NCBI GenBank assembly: GCA_017629325.1 | Contig: JAGBXL010000229.1 | Coordinates: forward strand, 1 to 24,594 | Direction of reading: 5' to 3' | Source of the DNA: Clostridia bacterium | GTDB taxonomy: Bacteria; Bacillota; Clostridia; UMGS1810 | Length of the DNA: 24,594 nucleotides | Shown: piece after piece, positions 8,983 to 16,444 of the stretch | Layout: every line of letters begins with the position of its first letter | Position numbering within the stretch: the stretch's first letter is position 1 | The notes under the pieces: model-generated | Told to the model about the DNA's origin: nothing | The model's input: the letters and a program-made list of their open reading frames with translations, nothing else | Database searches by the model: none | Program-made: the position numbers and the translations under genes

Positions 8983-9139
8983 CTTCTTCACTCCTTTCTT
9001 AAGCAGCCAATTGGAGTATTATCCAAACTCCGATGGCTAAAATTTTAATATTTGTTACTAATTTTAAAAATACATTAAAGCACAGATACAAGGAAAACAA
9101 ATTCTCACTTGTATCAAAACCTAAAAACATACACAATAT

Positions 9140-9168
9140 ATTGTATAACAAAATATAAGATGTGTCAA
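9140..9168 (-). promoter_or_regulatory. sigmaA-type promoter of rny
   Basis: TTGACA-17 bp-TACAAT, predicting a 5' leader of about 150 nt. Confidence 0.8.
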
Positions 9169-9190
9169 TATAAATTTGTGTGAAATACAT

Positions 9191-9224
9191 AAAAAAAGAT
9201 GTCAAATAAATTTAACATCTTTTT
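9191..9224 (-). terminator. Intrinsic terminator after the MBL hydrolase gene
   Basis: Minus strand AAAAAGAUGUUAAAU-UU-AUUUGACAUCUUUUUUU, starting 5 nt after the stop codon. Confidence 0.75.
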
Positions 9225-9228
9225 CATT

Positions 9229-10011
9229 CTATATGTATGTTATTTCGTCGGGCTGTGCAACTTTAAGCAAAACATCTGTTCCAACCTTAAACCCGTTTTC
9301 TTCAAGGCATTTATTAACACATTCAAAGGCTTTTTGGGGGGTGTTGTTTTCCCTACTTAAATGCCCTAAAAGGATTCTCTTTGTTCCCCATATTGCAAGC
9401 TGTGTTGCAAGCCATGCACATTTATCGTTAGATAAATGCCCTTTATCTGAAAGTATTCTTCTTTTCAGGTGATAGGGATATGTGCCACAGTTTAGCATTT
9501 TAACATCGTGATTTGCTTCTATAATAACCGCCTCACAGCCTGCCAAATTAGAAAGCATCGCTTTGGTTATGCAGCCCGTGTCGGTGGCAACGGCATATTT
9601 TTTACCCTCCGATTCTATAACATAGCCAAAAGCTGCGGCTGAATCGTGAGGTATTATGAAGGGTTTAACCTTCATTGAATTTATTTCATAAACATTTGAA
9701 GCAGATATAATATTAGCACTTCCTGGCGGAATTTGGGGAGCATTTTTTAAAACCCCCTCCATAGAAGGAGCATTTGCATACACAGGAATATTATATTTCT
9801 TTGAAAGAACACGGATTCCGGATATATGGTCGCTATGCTCATGGGTTACAAATATTGCATCTATATCTTGGGCACCTAATCCAACCTCGTTTAATGAAGC
9901 TACAATTTTTGAAGCACTTACACCGGCATCAATTAAAATATTGGTGCTGCTGTTTGAAATTAAAATTGAGTTTCCCGAGCTTGAACTGTAAAGACTTAAA
10001 AATCTAGTCAT
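9229..10011 (-). CDS. yycJ: Metallo-beta-lactamase-fold hydrolase, YycJ/WalJ family
   Basis: SSSSGN, LIDAG, THEHSDH (HxHxDH), PHD, TDTG, IEANHD, GHLSN and LGHLSRENN motifs. The start overlaps the murA stop by 8 nt (ATGACTAG). Confidence 0.85.
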   Translation of the reverse strand: MTRFLSLYSSSSGNSILISNSSTNILIDAGVSASKIVASLNEVGLGAQDIDAIFVTHEHSDHISGIRVLSKKYNIPVYANAPSMEGVLKNAPQIPPGSANIISASNVYEINSMKVKPFIIPHDSAAAFGYVIESEGKKYAVATDTGCITKAMLSNLAGCEAVIIEANHDVKMLNCGTYPYHLKRRILSDKGHLSNDKCAWLATQLAIWGTKRILLGHLSRENNTPQKAFECVNKCLEENGFKVGTDVLLKVAQPDEITYI

Positions 10012-11260
10012 CGCGTCTTTGGATATCTGCTCCCAAACCGCGAAGCTTATCTAAAATGTGCTCATAGCCTCTGTCGATATGGCGAAGCTCATATATTTCG
10101 CTTGTGCCTTCGGAGGCAAGGGCTGCAATAATCATGCTGGCACCTGCTCTTAAATCTGTTGCCCTTAAACTTGCCGGTTTAAGAGGCACTCCGCCTTCTA
10201 TTGTGGCAACATTTCCGTCAACCGAAACTCTGACACCTGTTTTTTCAAGCTCTTCTATATATTGGAAACGAGATTCCCACACACCCTCTGTTACAGTGCT
10301 CTTGCCATTTATTGTTGATAAAAGTGCAACCATCTGCGGCTGAAGGTCGGTTGGGAAGCCGGGGTAAGGCAAGGTTTTTATTCTTATGCTTTTTAAGGGC
10401 TTATCTGCGATAACACGAATTTCTTCGTCGTATTCCTCAACACTAACTCCCATTTCAATAAATTTTGATGTTATGCAGTCAAGATGCTTGGGAATAATAT
10501 TTTTAATAAGAACATTTCCTCTTGTTGCAATTGCAGCTGCCATATATGTGCCCGCTTCTATCTGGTCGGGAATAATGGAATATGTAACACCGTTTAATTT
10601 TTCCACACCATGAATCTTAATAACATCGGTTCCTGCACCCACAATCTTTGCACCTGCTGAATTCAAAAAGTTTGCAAGGTCAACAACATGGGGCTCTTTT
10701 GCACAGTTTTCAAGAACTGTTTTTCCCGGTGCCAAGACAGATGCCAAAATTGCATTTATGGTGGCACCAACGCTTACAACGTCGAAATATACATTTCCTC
10801 CCGAAAGAAGAGATGCATCTATATTAACAAAGGTATCGTCGCATTTAATGGTGCAGCCCAAACACTCAAAGCTTTTAAGGTGCTGGTCGATTGGGCGTGT
10901 TCCAAAATTGCAGCCACCCGGTGGCGGAACACTTGCCTTATGAAATCTGCCTATAAGGGCACCCATAAGATAATATGATGCTCTCATTTTAAGAGCAAGC
11001 TCCGGCTCTGCCCTCCACTCATTTAAAGAAGTGGCATCTATAACAACCGTATTGCAGTCGGTTTTTTTAATATCGGCACCAAGGGATACCATCATTTTTA
11101 TTATGCTGTCAACATCGCTTATATCGGGAACATTTTCTATAACACATTTTCCATTTACAAGAAGTGCTGCAGGCAGAATTGCAACCGCCGCATTTTTTGC
11201 ACCGCTTATGTGGACTTCGCCATTTAGGGCTTTTCCGCCGTTAATTAAAAATTTATCCAC
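10004..11260 (-). CDS. murA: UDP-N-acetylglucosamine 1-carboxyvinyltransferase
   Basis: GAKNAA, RASYYLMG, GGCNFGTRPIDQH (catalytic Cys present), PYPGFPTDLQ and TDLRAGA. Start re-called to GTG 11260 (SD AGGAGG). Confidence 0.96.
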   Translation of the reverse strand: MDKFLINGGKALNGEVHISGAKNAAVAILPAALLVNGKCVIENVPDISDVDSIIKMMVSLGADIKKTDCNTVVIDATSLNEWRAEPELALKMRASYYLMGALIGRFHKASVPPPGGCNFGTRPIDQHLKSFECLGCTIKCDDTFVNIDASLLSGGNVYFDVVSVGATINAILASVLAPGKTVLENCAKEPHVVDLANFLNSAGAKIVGAGTDVIKIHGVEKLNGVTYSIIPDQIEAGTYMAAAIATRGNVLIKNIIPKHLDCITSKFIEMGVSVEEYDEEIRVIADKPLKSIRIKTLPYPGFPTDLQPQMVALLSTINGKSTVTEGVWESRFQYIEELEKTGVRVSVDGNVATIEGGVPLKPASLRATDLRAGASMIIAALASEGTSEIYELRHIDRGYEHILDKLRGLGADIQRRDD

Positions 11261-11323
11261 TTTGTAAAGCCTCCTAGATATTTCTTGTTTAGTAAAATTC
11301 AAAACAATTGCTTTATAAAGGAT

Positions 11324-12055
11324 TTACTCTGTTTCTTCCCAGTTATGATAAATATTCTGAACATCGTCGTTATCTTCAAGATGTTCAATAAGCTTTTCCA
11401 TCATGAGTATATCGTGTTCATCGGTAAGGGTAATATAGTTCTGCGGAATCATTTCAAGACCTGCAGATTCAAATACATAGCCCTTTGCTTCGAGGCTGTC
11501 GCGAACTTCGCGGAAGCTTTCGGGCGAGGTTGAAATTTCATAGAATTCATCTTCAACGCCAAAATCATCGGCACCTGCATCGAGAGCATCCATTGTTAAT
11601 TCGTCTTCATCAACCGAATCAGATTTATTAACAATTAAAATACCTTTCTGGTCGAACATCCATGATACCGAGCCATTTGTTCCAAGGTTACCGCCGAATT
11701 TATCGAAATAGTGTCTTAAATCACCGGCAGTACGGTTACGGTTATCGGTAAGAGTTTCAACTATAACAGCAACACCGCTGGGGCCGTAGCCTTCGTAGTT
11801 GATATCTTCGTAGTTATCCATATTCTGTTCACCGGCAGCTTTTTTAATAACTCTTGCAATGTTATCATTTGGCATATTAAACGAGCGAGCTTTTGCAATA
11901 GCATCTTTTAATCTGCCGTTTGTTTCGGGATCAGCTCCGCCTGATTTTGCGGCAACTGCTATTTCTCTGCCCATTTTAGTGAAAATTTTGGCTTTCTGGG
12001 CATCGGATTTTTCTTTTTTATGTTTAATATTGTTCCATTTTGAATGTCCTGACAT
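11324..12055 (-). CDS. yebC: YebC/PmpR family protein
   Basis: MSGHSKWNNIKHKK, YEGYGPSGVA, TDNRNRT and DDVQNIYHN. Start ATG 12055 with SD GGAGG. Confidence 0.95.
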   Translation of the reverse strand: MSGHSKWNNIKHKKEKSDAQKAKIFTKMGREIAVAAKSGGADPETNGRLKDAIAKARSFNMPNDNIARVIKKAAGEQNMDNYEDINYEGYGPSGVAVIVETLTDNRNRTAGDLRHYFDKFGGNLGTNGSVSWMFDQKGILIVNKSDSVDEDELTMDALDAGADDFGVEDEFYEISTSPESFREVRDSLEAKGYVFESAGLEMIPQNYITLTDEHDILMMEKLIEHLEDNDDVQNIYHNWEETE

Positions 12056-12100
12056 AATTACCTCCAAGTAATCATAAAATTACATAAAATCGTACAGTAC

Positions 12101-12130
12101 ATTATATCCCATATATATGCCCTTTGTCAA
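12101..12130 (-). promoter_or_regulatory. sigmaA-type promoter of yebC-murA-yycJ
   Basis: TTGACA-18 bp-TATAAT, with both hexamers matching consensus. Confidence 0.78.
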
Positions 12131-12249
12131 GGTTACAAAATTATAAAATACTTTTACAAAAACAAAATCGTAAATTGGAATATATTATCGTATAAGATTA
12201 TTGCGTATCATATAGAAAGATTTTGGGGCATAAAAAGGCGAAAAGTTAT

Positions 12250-12274
12250 GGGAATATTTATGGAAAATACGAAT
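12250..12274 (+). promoter_or_regulatory. Candidate sigmaH-type promoter of the SSB-like gene
   Basis: GGGA(ATA)-17 bp-GAAT matches the geometry of the AGGA-17/18-GAAT sigmaH consensus with one mismatch. No convincing sigmaA promoter was found in this intergenic region on the plus strand. Confidence 0.45.
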
Positions 12275-12283
12275 AAACTCTAA

Positions 12284-12363
12284 TATAGCCGTTGGAAAGT
12301 CGACCCAGCCTGAAACACAGTAATTTAGGCATGTTTTGGATTGTCGGTCTTGAAAGGCGTATA
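12284..12363 (+). ncRNA. Candidate structured 5' leader (80-nt imperfect rod) upstream of the SSB-like gene
   Basis: Hand pairing: UAUAGCC/GGC(G)UAUA, AAGUCGAC/GUCGG(U)CUU and GCCUGAA/UUUAGGC. About 48% GC at 12288-12360 versus about 19% at 12131-12200 (hand count). Confidence 0.4.
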
Positions 12364-12390
12364 AACTTATGAGAGGACGGAAAACCAACT

Positions 12391-13062
12391 ATGGATAATG
12401 TTAATTTAAACAATGAAGTTAAACTCACAGGACTTGTGGATAGTGAGCTAAAGGTGAGCCACGAAATTTACGGCGAGGCATTTTATTCGTTTGTGTTAAG
12501 AGTTATGAGACTCTCTGATATATGCGACTATATAAATGTTACCGTTTCAGAAAGACTACTGAGTTCTTTGGAATTAAAAAAAGGCTCTTTTGTTACGGTA
12601 AACGGTCAGTTTCGCTCATACAACAATTATTCCGACACAGGCAGCAGACTGATTCTCACTGTTTTTGCAAGAGATATTGTTATTTCCGATGAATTTTCCC
12701 AGGAAGCTTCGGGGACCAATCCCAACTATATATACCTTAACGGTTTTTTATGCAAAATGCCGGTTTACAGAACAACTCCCTTTGGAAGAGAAATAACCGA
12801 TATTTTAATTGCAGTTAACCGTGCATATAATAAATCAGACTATATACCCTGTATTGCCTGGGGAAGAAATGCTAGATTTTCTTCAAATTTAAGCGTTGGC
12901 GATAATATTAAAATCTGGGGAAGAATTCAGTCCAGAGAATACCAGAAAAAAATCTCCGAAAATGAGACAATAACAAAAACCGCCTACGAAATTTCAATTT
13001 CAAAAATGGAAGTTTCAGGCGGTATAAACGAAGAAGAACAAAGCGAAGAAATTATTTCATAA
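12391..13062 (+). CDS. Clostridial tandem-OB-fold single-stranded DNA-binding protein
   Basis: Two SSB-like OB repeats (NEVKLTG...VTVNGQFRSYN and NYIYLNG...SDYIPCIAWGRNA...IKIWGRIQSREY). The acidic tail lacks the canonical PF end. Confidence 0.8.
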   Translation: MDNVNLNNEVKLTGLVDSELKVSHEIYGEAFYSFVLRVMRLSDICDYINVTVSERLLSSLELKKGSFVTVNGQFRSYNNYSDTGSRLILTVFARDIVISDEFSQEASGTNPNYIYLNGFLCKMPVYRTTPFGREITDILIAVNRAYNKSDYIPCIAWGRNARFSSNLSVGDNIKIWGRIQSREYQKKISENETITKTAYEISISKMEVSGGINEEEQSEEIIS

Positions 13063-13088
13063 TTTTAACTTTTGTTCTAAAAACTACC

Positions 13089-13118
13089 TGAATATAAAAA
13101 CTCTCTGTGCAAAGAATA
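13089..13118 (+). promoter_or_regulatory. Candidate forespore sigmaG/sigmaF promoter of the SASP gene
   Basis: (T)GAATA-17 bp-AAGAATA resembles the GHATR / MAWAMTR sigmaG consensus, and SASP genes are typically sigmaG-driven. Confidence 0.5.
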
Positions 13119-13167
13119 GTTATTGCAAAGATGTTTTGCGATTATTTTTCAAGGAGAGTAAAAAATT

Positions 13168-13356
13168 ATGTCTAAAAACATGGTAGTTCCTGAAGCTAAA
13201 GAAGCTATGGAAAGATTCAAAATGGAAGCTGCATCAGAAGTTGGCGTTAATCTCAAACAGGGTTACAACGGCGACTTAACATCAAGACAGGCCGGTTCTA
13301 TCGGTGGTCAGATGGTTAAAAAAATGATCAAATCCTACGAAGAATCTATGAAATAA
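13168..13356 (+). CDS. Alpha/beta-type small acid-soluble spore protein
   Basis: VPEAKEAMERFKMEAASEVG (GPR-like cleavage site EAASE) and GDLTSRQAGSIGGQMVKKMI. SD AAGGAG. Confidence 0.95.
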   Translation: MSKNMVVPEAKEAMERFKMEAASEVGVNLKQGYNGDLTSRQAGSIGGQMVKKMIKSYEESMK

Positions 13357-13383
13357 TAGCATTTAGCTATTTATTTCAAATTC

Positions 13384-13428
13384 AAAACGCTCTGTATCGG
13401 ATTATTGTGATACAGGGCGTTTTTTCTT
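13384..13428 (+). terminator. Intrinsic terminator after SASP
   Basis: AAAACGCTCTGTATC / GATACAGGGCGTTTT stem (one G-U pair) followed by a T-run. Confidence 0.85.
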
Positions 13429-13455
13429 GATTTTATTTTGTTTTTATGTTAGAAT
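13427..13455 (+). promoter_or_regulatory. sigmaA-type promoter with extended -10 for DUF624-rnhA
   Basis: TTGATT-17 bp-TAGAAT with TG at -15/-14. It abuts and overlaps the terminator T-tract. Confidence 0.65.
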
Positions 13456-13503
13456 GATTTATCGTGCTTTGGCATAAATCATTTTTTGAAAGCAGGTTAT
13501 AAT

Positions 13504-14370
13504 ATGGCTAAATATATTACCAAAGATTCCAAACCCGGAAAGGGCATTGAAAAAGATGCACCCGAAAAAAGAAGATTCTTTTTGTTTTTCGAGGTGTTTT
13601 TTGGAAAGCTTACAAAGCTTATAGGTCTTAACTTTATGTATTTTGTGTGCCTTCTTCCTCTTATACTCGGTGTTTATTATTCTGTTATAGTAAATTCCCT
13701 TATAGAAACACCGGGGGATATTTTAAGATATCCTCCTATTGTGTTTACTCCCTCGCTTTTAGGAACAGTTCTTCTTGCACTTTCTGTTTTTATTACAGGC
13801 CCTGCAACAGCCGGCTTTACTTATGTTATAAGAAATATGCAAAGAAGAGAACACACATGGATTATGAGCGATTTTTTTGAGCACTTTAAAAAGAACTTTA
13901 AACAGGGAATAATAATGAGCATAATTGATATTGCAGTTTGCATGGTATTATATGTGGCACTTATGTTTTATCTTTACATTATGCCCGTTGATGCTCCCGA
14001 AATGGGCACCTTAATTCCAATGATGGGTGCAATGTTTGTTGGTGCGGTTTCTATTGTGTTTTTATGGGCACACTTTTATATTTACACTATGATGGTTACA
14101 TTTAAGCTTGATTTTGGGAAGCTTTTTAAAAATTCACTTATTTTTGCAATTGCAAAGCTCCCCCTTAATATTCTTATAACTTTATTTTTAGGCTTAATTG
14201 CAGGCGGACTTATTTACACCCTCACCATTACAGGAATTATCGCAGGTATTTTTATTCCGGTTATATTCTTCTCACTTACAGGATTTATAATTGTTTTTTC
14301 AACCTACCCTACCATAGACAAAGTAATGCTTCAGAAGGTTAATAAAAGAGTTCTTAACACAAGAGGTTAA
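13504..14370 (+). CDS. YesL/DUF624-family integral membrane protein
   Basis: Multiple TMs, with the family-like GPATAGFTYVIRNMQRREH...FFEHFKKNFKQG and FKNSLIFA segments. Start re-called to ATG 13504. Confidence 0.75.
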   Translation: MAKYITKDSKPGKGIEKDAPEKRRFFLFFEVFFGKLTKLIGLNFMYFVCLLPLILGVYYSVIVNSLIETPGDILRYPPIVFTPSLLGTVLLALSVFITGPATAGFTYVIRNMQRREHTWIMSDFFEHFKKNFKQGIIMSIIDIAVCMVLYVALMFYLYIMPVDAPEMGTLIPMMGAMFVGAVSIVFLWAHFYIYTMMVTFKLDFGKLFKNSLIFAIAKLPLNILITLFLGLIAGGLIYTLTITGIIAGIFIPVIFFSLTGFIIVFSTYPTIDKVMLQKVNKRVLNTRG

Positions 14371-14374
14371 ATAT

Positions 14375-14845
14375 ATGAAAGAAGTTACAATATATACCGA
14401 CGGCGCCTGCAGCGGCAATCCTGGAAAGGGCGGCTTTGGTGTTATTCTTAATTACATGGGAAAGATAAAGGAAATATCCGAGGGTTTTGAATGCACAACC
14501 AACAACCGAATGGAAATTATGGCGGCACTTACAGGTCTTAAAGCTTTAAAAGAGCCGTGCCATGTTATTTTATACAGCGATTCAAAATATCTTGTTGATT
14601 CCATAAATCAAAAATGGATAGATTCATGGCAGAAAAATGGCTGGAAAAACAGCAAAAAAGAAAAGGTTAAAAACAGAGAGCTTTTTGAAGAACTCATAGA
14701 ACTTTTAAAAATTCACGATGTTGAATTCAAATGGGTTAAAGGTCATGACGGACATGCCGAAAACGAAAGGTGCGATTTTTTAGCAACTACCGCCGCAAAG
14801 AGAAATAATTTAAAAACAGATAATGCTTACATTGAAAACCTTTAA
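14375..14845 (+). CDS. rnhA: Ribonuclease HI
   Basis: YTDGACSGNPGKGG, TTNNRMEI, SDSKY, WVKGHDGH and NERCD carry the four catalytic carboxylates. Confidence 0.96.
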   Translation: MKEVTIYTDGACSGNPGKGGFGVILNYMGKIKEISEGFECTTNNRMEIMAALTGLKALKEPCHVILYSDSKYLVDSINQKWIDSWQKNGWKNSKKEKVKNRELFEELIELLKIHDVEFKWVKGHDGHAENERCDFLATTAAKRNNLKTDNAYIENL

Positions 14846-14857
14846 AATATTATAATA

Positions 14858-14892
14858 AAAAAACTTGAAAAACATTGTTTTTCAAGTTTTTT
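14858..14892. terminator. Bidirectional terminator between convergent rnhA and alr
   Basis: AAAAAACTTGAAAAAC-ATT-GTTTTTCAAGTTTTTT perfect 16-bp stem. Confidence 0.8.
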
Positions 14893-14895
14893 ATT

Positions 14896-16014
14896 TTATT
14901 TATATAATCTAACTACTCTTTTGCTTATTCCACATAATATTTCGTAGCTTATAGTTCCGCAAAGCTTTGCTATTTCATCGGCAGTTACAGATTTATCTCC
15001 CTCAGAGCCAATTAACACAACCTCGTCTTCTAAAGATACACCAGGGATATTAGTTACATCTACCATAAATTGATCCATACATATTCTGCCCACAATATTT
15101 GCATAGGAGCCGTTTATTATTACTCTGCCCCTATTTGAAAGAAGCCTGGGGTATCCGTCGGCATAGCCAACAGGGATAGTTGCAATGGTTCTTTTTTCTT
15201 TTGTAACATAGCTATGGCCATAGCTTATTCCTTCGCCCGCTTCAACTTCCTTTATATGACGAACATGGGTTTTTAATTCTAATGCAGGCTTTATGCCAAG
15301 ATTTTTTGAAACCTCATTTGAAGGATAATACCCGTATGTAATTATTCCGGGTCTTGCAATAGAAAAACCAAATTCAGTTAAATCACAAATTGCGGCACTG
15401 TTGCATATATGAATGTATTTGGGATTTATCCCTTTTTCCTTTAGCTTAGTGCAAAATTCTATAAACCGTTTGCCCTGCAAATTTGCCATGGTTTTGTCTT
15501 CTTCATCGGCGGTGGCAAAATGCGAAAATATACCATCTAAACTCAAGTTTTTATAACTTGCAATTTTTAAGGCTTCATCTATCCCCTTTTCATTAAAAGG
15601 AAGACCAATTCTATTCATACCTGTATCTACCGAAAGATGAACAGATGCTTTTCTTTTATGCTTTTCGCAAACCAGCGATAGCTTTTTTGCCATTTCTTCA
15701 CTATAAATATTTATGCTAATATCATTTAAAACCGCATCTTCAAAATTATTTTGTGATAAACCGCCTAAAATAAGCAGTGGCTTTTTAATGCCGGCACCTC
15801 TTAATTCCAAAGCCTCTTCAATTGTTGCAACGCAAAAACCAAAAGAGGTATCCAAAAGAGCCTTGGCAACTTCAACTGCACCGTGGCCATAGGCGTCGGC
15901 TTTTATAACAGGCATAATTTTAGTACCCTTTGGAATATTATTTACTATTGCGGAAACGTTGTGCTTTATGATATTAAGATCAACCAAAGCATATACTCTG
16001 TTGTAAGATGTCAT
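14896..16014 (-). CDS. alr: Alanine racemase
   Basis: VIKADAYGHG (PLP lysine), VDTGMNRIG, FSHFATAD, RPGIITYG, GYADGYPR, GRICMDQ and TISYEILC. Confidence 0.97.
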   Translation of the reverse strand: MTSYNRVYALVDLNIIKHNVSAIVNNIPKGTKIMPVIKADAYGHGAVEVAKALLDTSFGFCVATIEEALELRGAGIKKPLLILGGLSQNNFEDAVLNDISINIYSEEMAKKLSLVCEKHKRKASVHLSVDTGMNRIGLPFNEKGIDEALKIASYKNLSLDGIFSHFATADEEDKTMANLQGKRFIEFCTKLKEKGINPKYIHICNSAAICDLTEFGFSIARPGIITYGYYPSNEVSKNLGIKPALELKTHVRHIKEVEAGEGISYGHSYVTKEKRTIATIPVGYADGYPRLLSNRGRVIINGSYANIVGRICMDQFMVDVTNIPGVSLEDEVVLIGSEGDKSVTADEIAKLCGTISYEILCGISKRVVRLYK

Positions 16015-16050
16015 ATTATATACTTCCCTTAGTGTATTTTGGATAAATAG

Positions 16051-16079
16051 AGTATATCACACAAAAAAAATTAAAGCAA
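16051..16079 (-). promoter_or_regulatory. sigmaA-type promoter (extended -10) of alr
   Basis: TTGCTT-17 bp-TATACT with TG-N before the -10. Confidence 0.7.
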
Positions 16080-16088
16080 TATTATATA

Positions 16089-16117
16089 TTGATTTTTGGT
16101 ACTCTTCGTGATATTAT
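16089..16117 (+). promoter_or_regulatory. sigmaA-type promoter (extended -10) of acpP-rnc
   Basis: TTGATT-17 bp-TATTAT with TG-N before the -10. Confidence 0.7.
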
Positions 16118-16190
16118 ATTAAAGCGTTCAGTTAAATAACACACTATTGTATTATCATTATAATAGTATGCAGAAAAGAGGTAAAAAAAT

Positions 16191-16427
16191 ATGGTATTTG
16201 AAAAAATAAGAAAAATCATTGCAGATCAGCTTGGTGCTGACGAAACTGAAATCACAATGGAATCAACCTTTATTGAAGATCTCGGAGCAGATTCCCTTGA
16301 TGTTGTAGAGCTTGTTATGGCTATTGAAGACGAATTCGATATGGAAATCGATGAAGACGAAGCTGAAGGCATTTCAACTGTGGGCGATGTTGTTGACTAC
16401 ATAAAAGCAAACTGCGAAAATCTTTAA
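16191..16427 (+). CDS. acpP: Acyl carrier protein
   Basis: [20 protein letters not shown] phosphopantetheine motif, acidic 78 aa. Confidence 0.97.
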   Translation: MVFEKIRKIIADQLGADETEITMESTFIEDLGADSLDVVELVMAIEDEFDMEIDEDEAEGISTVGDVVDYIKANCENL

Positions 16428-16444
16428 TACCGGGCGGTGCAGAT

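Noticed and set aside
8999-9205. 68-aa ORF from the ORF track upstream of rny
   Set aside because: Its 5' part spans the rny promoter and the upstream terminator. Only the 43-aa portion from ATG 9130 can lie on the transcript, and that is reported separately.
12073-12090. CATAAAAT direct repeat at 10-bp spacing in the yebC leader
   Set aside because: Only two copies of an AT-rich 8-mer, which is not distinguishable from chance without orthologue alignment.
12284-12363. Assignment of the ssb leader to c-di-GMP-I, c-di-AMP or another known riboswitch class
   Set aside because: The conserved cores of those classes (for example GGCAAACC..GGGACGCAAAGCC for c-di-GMP-I) are not present, so it is left as an unclassified candidate.
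12185-12388. 67-aa minus-strand ORF in the yebC/ssb intergenic region
   Set aside because: No SD or motifs, and it is antisense to the better-supported promoter and leader of the SSB-like gene.
16119-16132. cre (CcpA) site in the acpP leader
   Set aside because: Only about 10/14 match, and the terminal TG and CA are missing.
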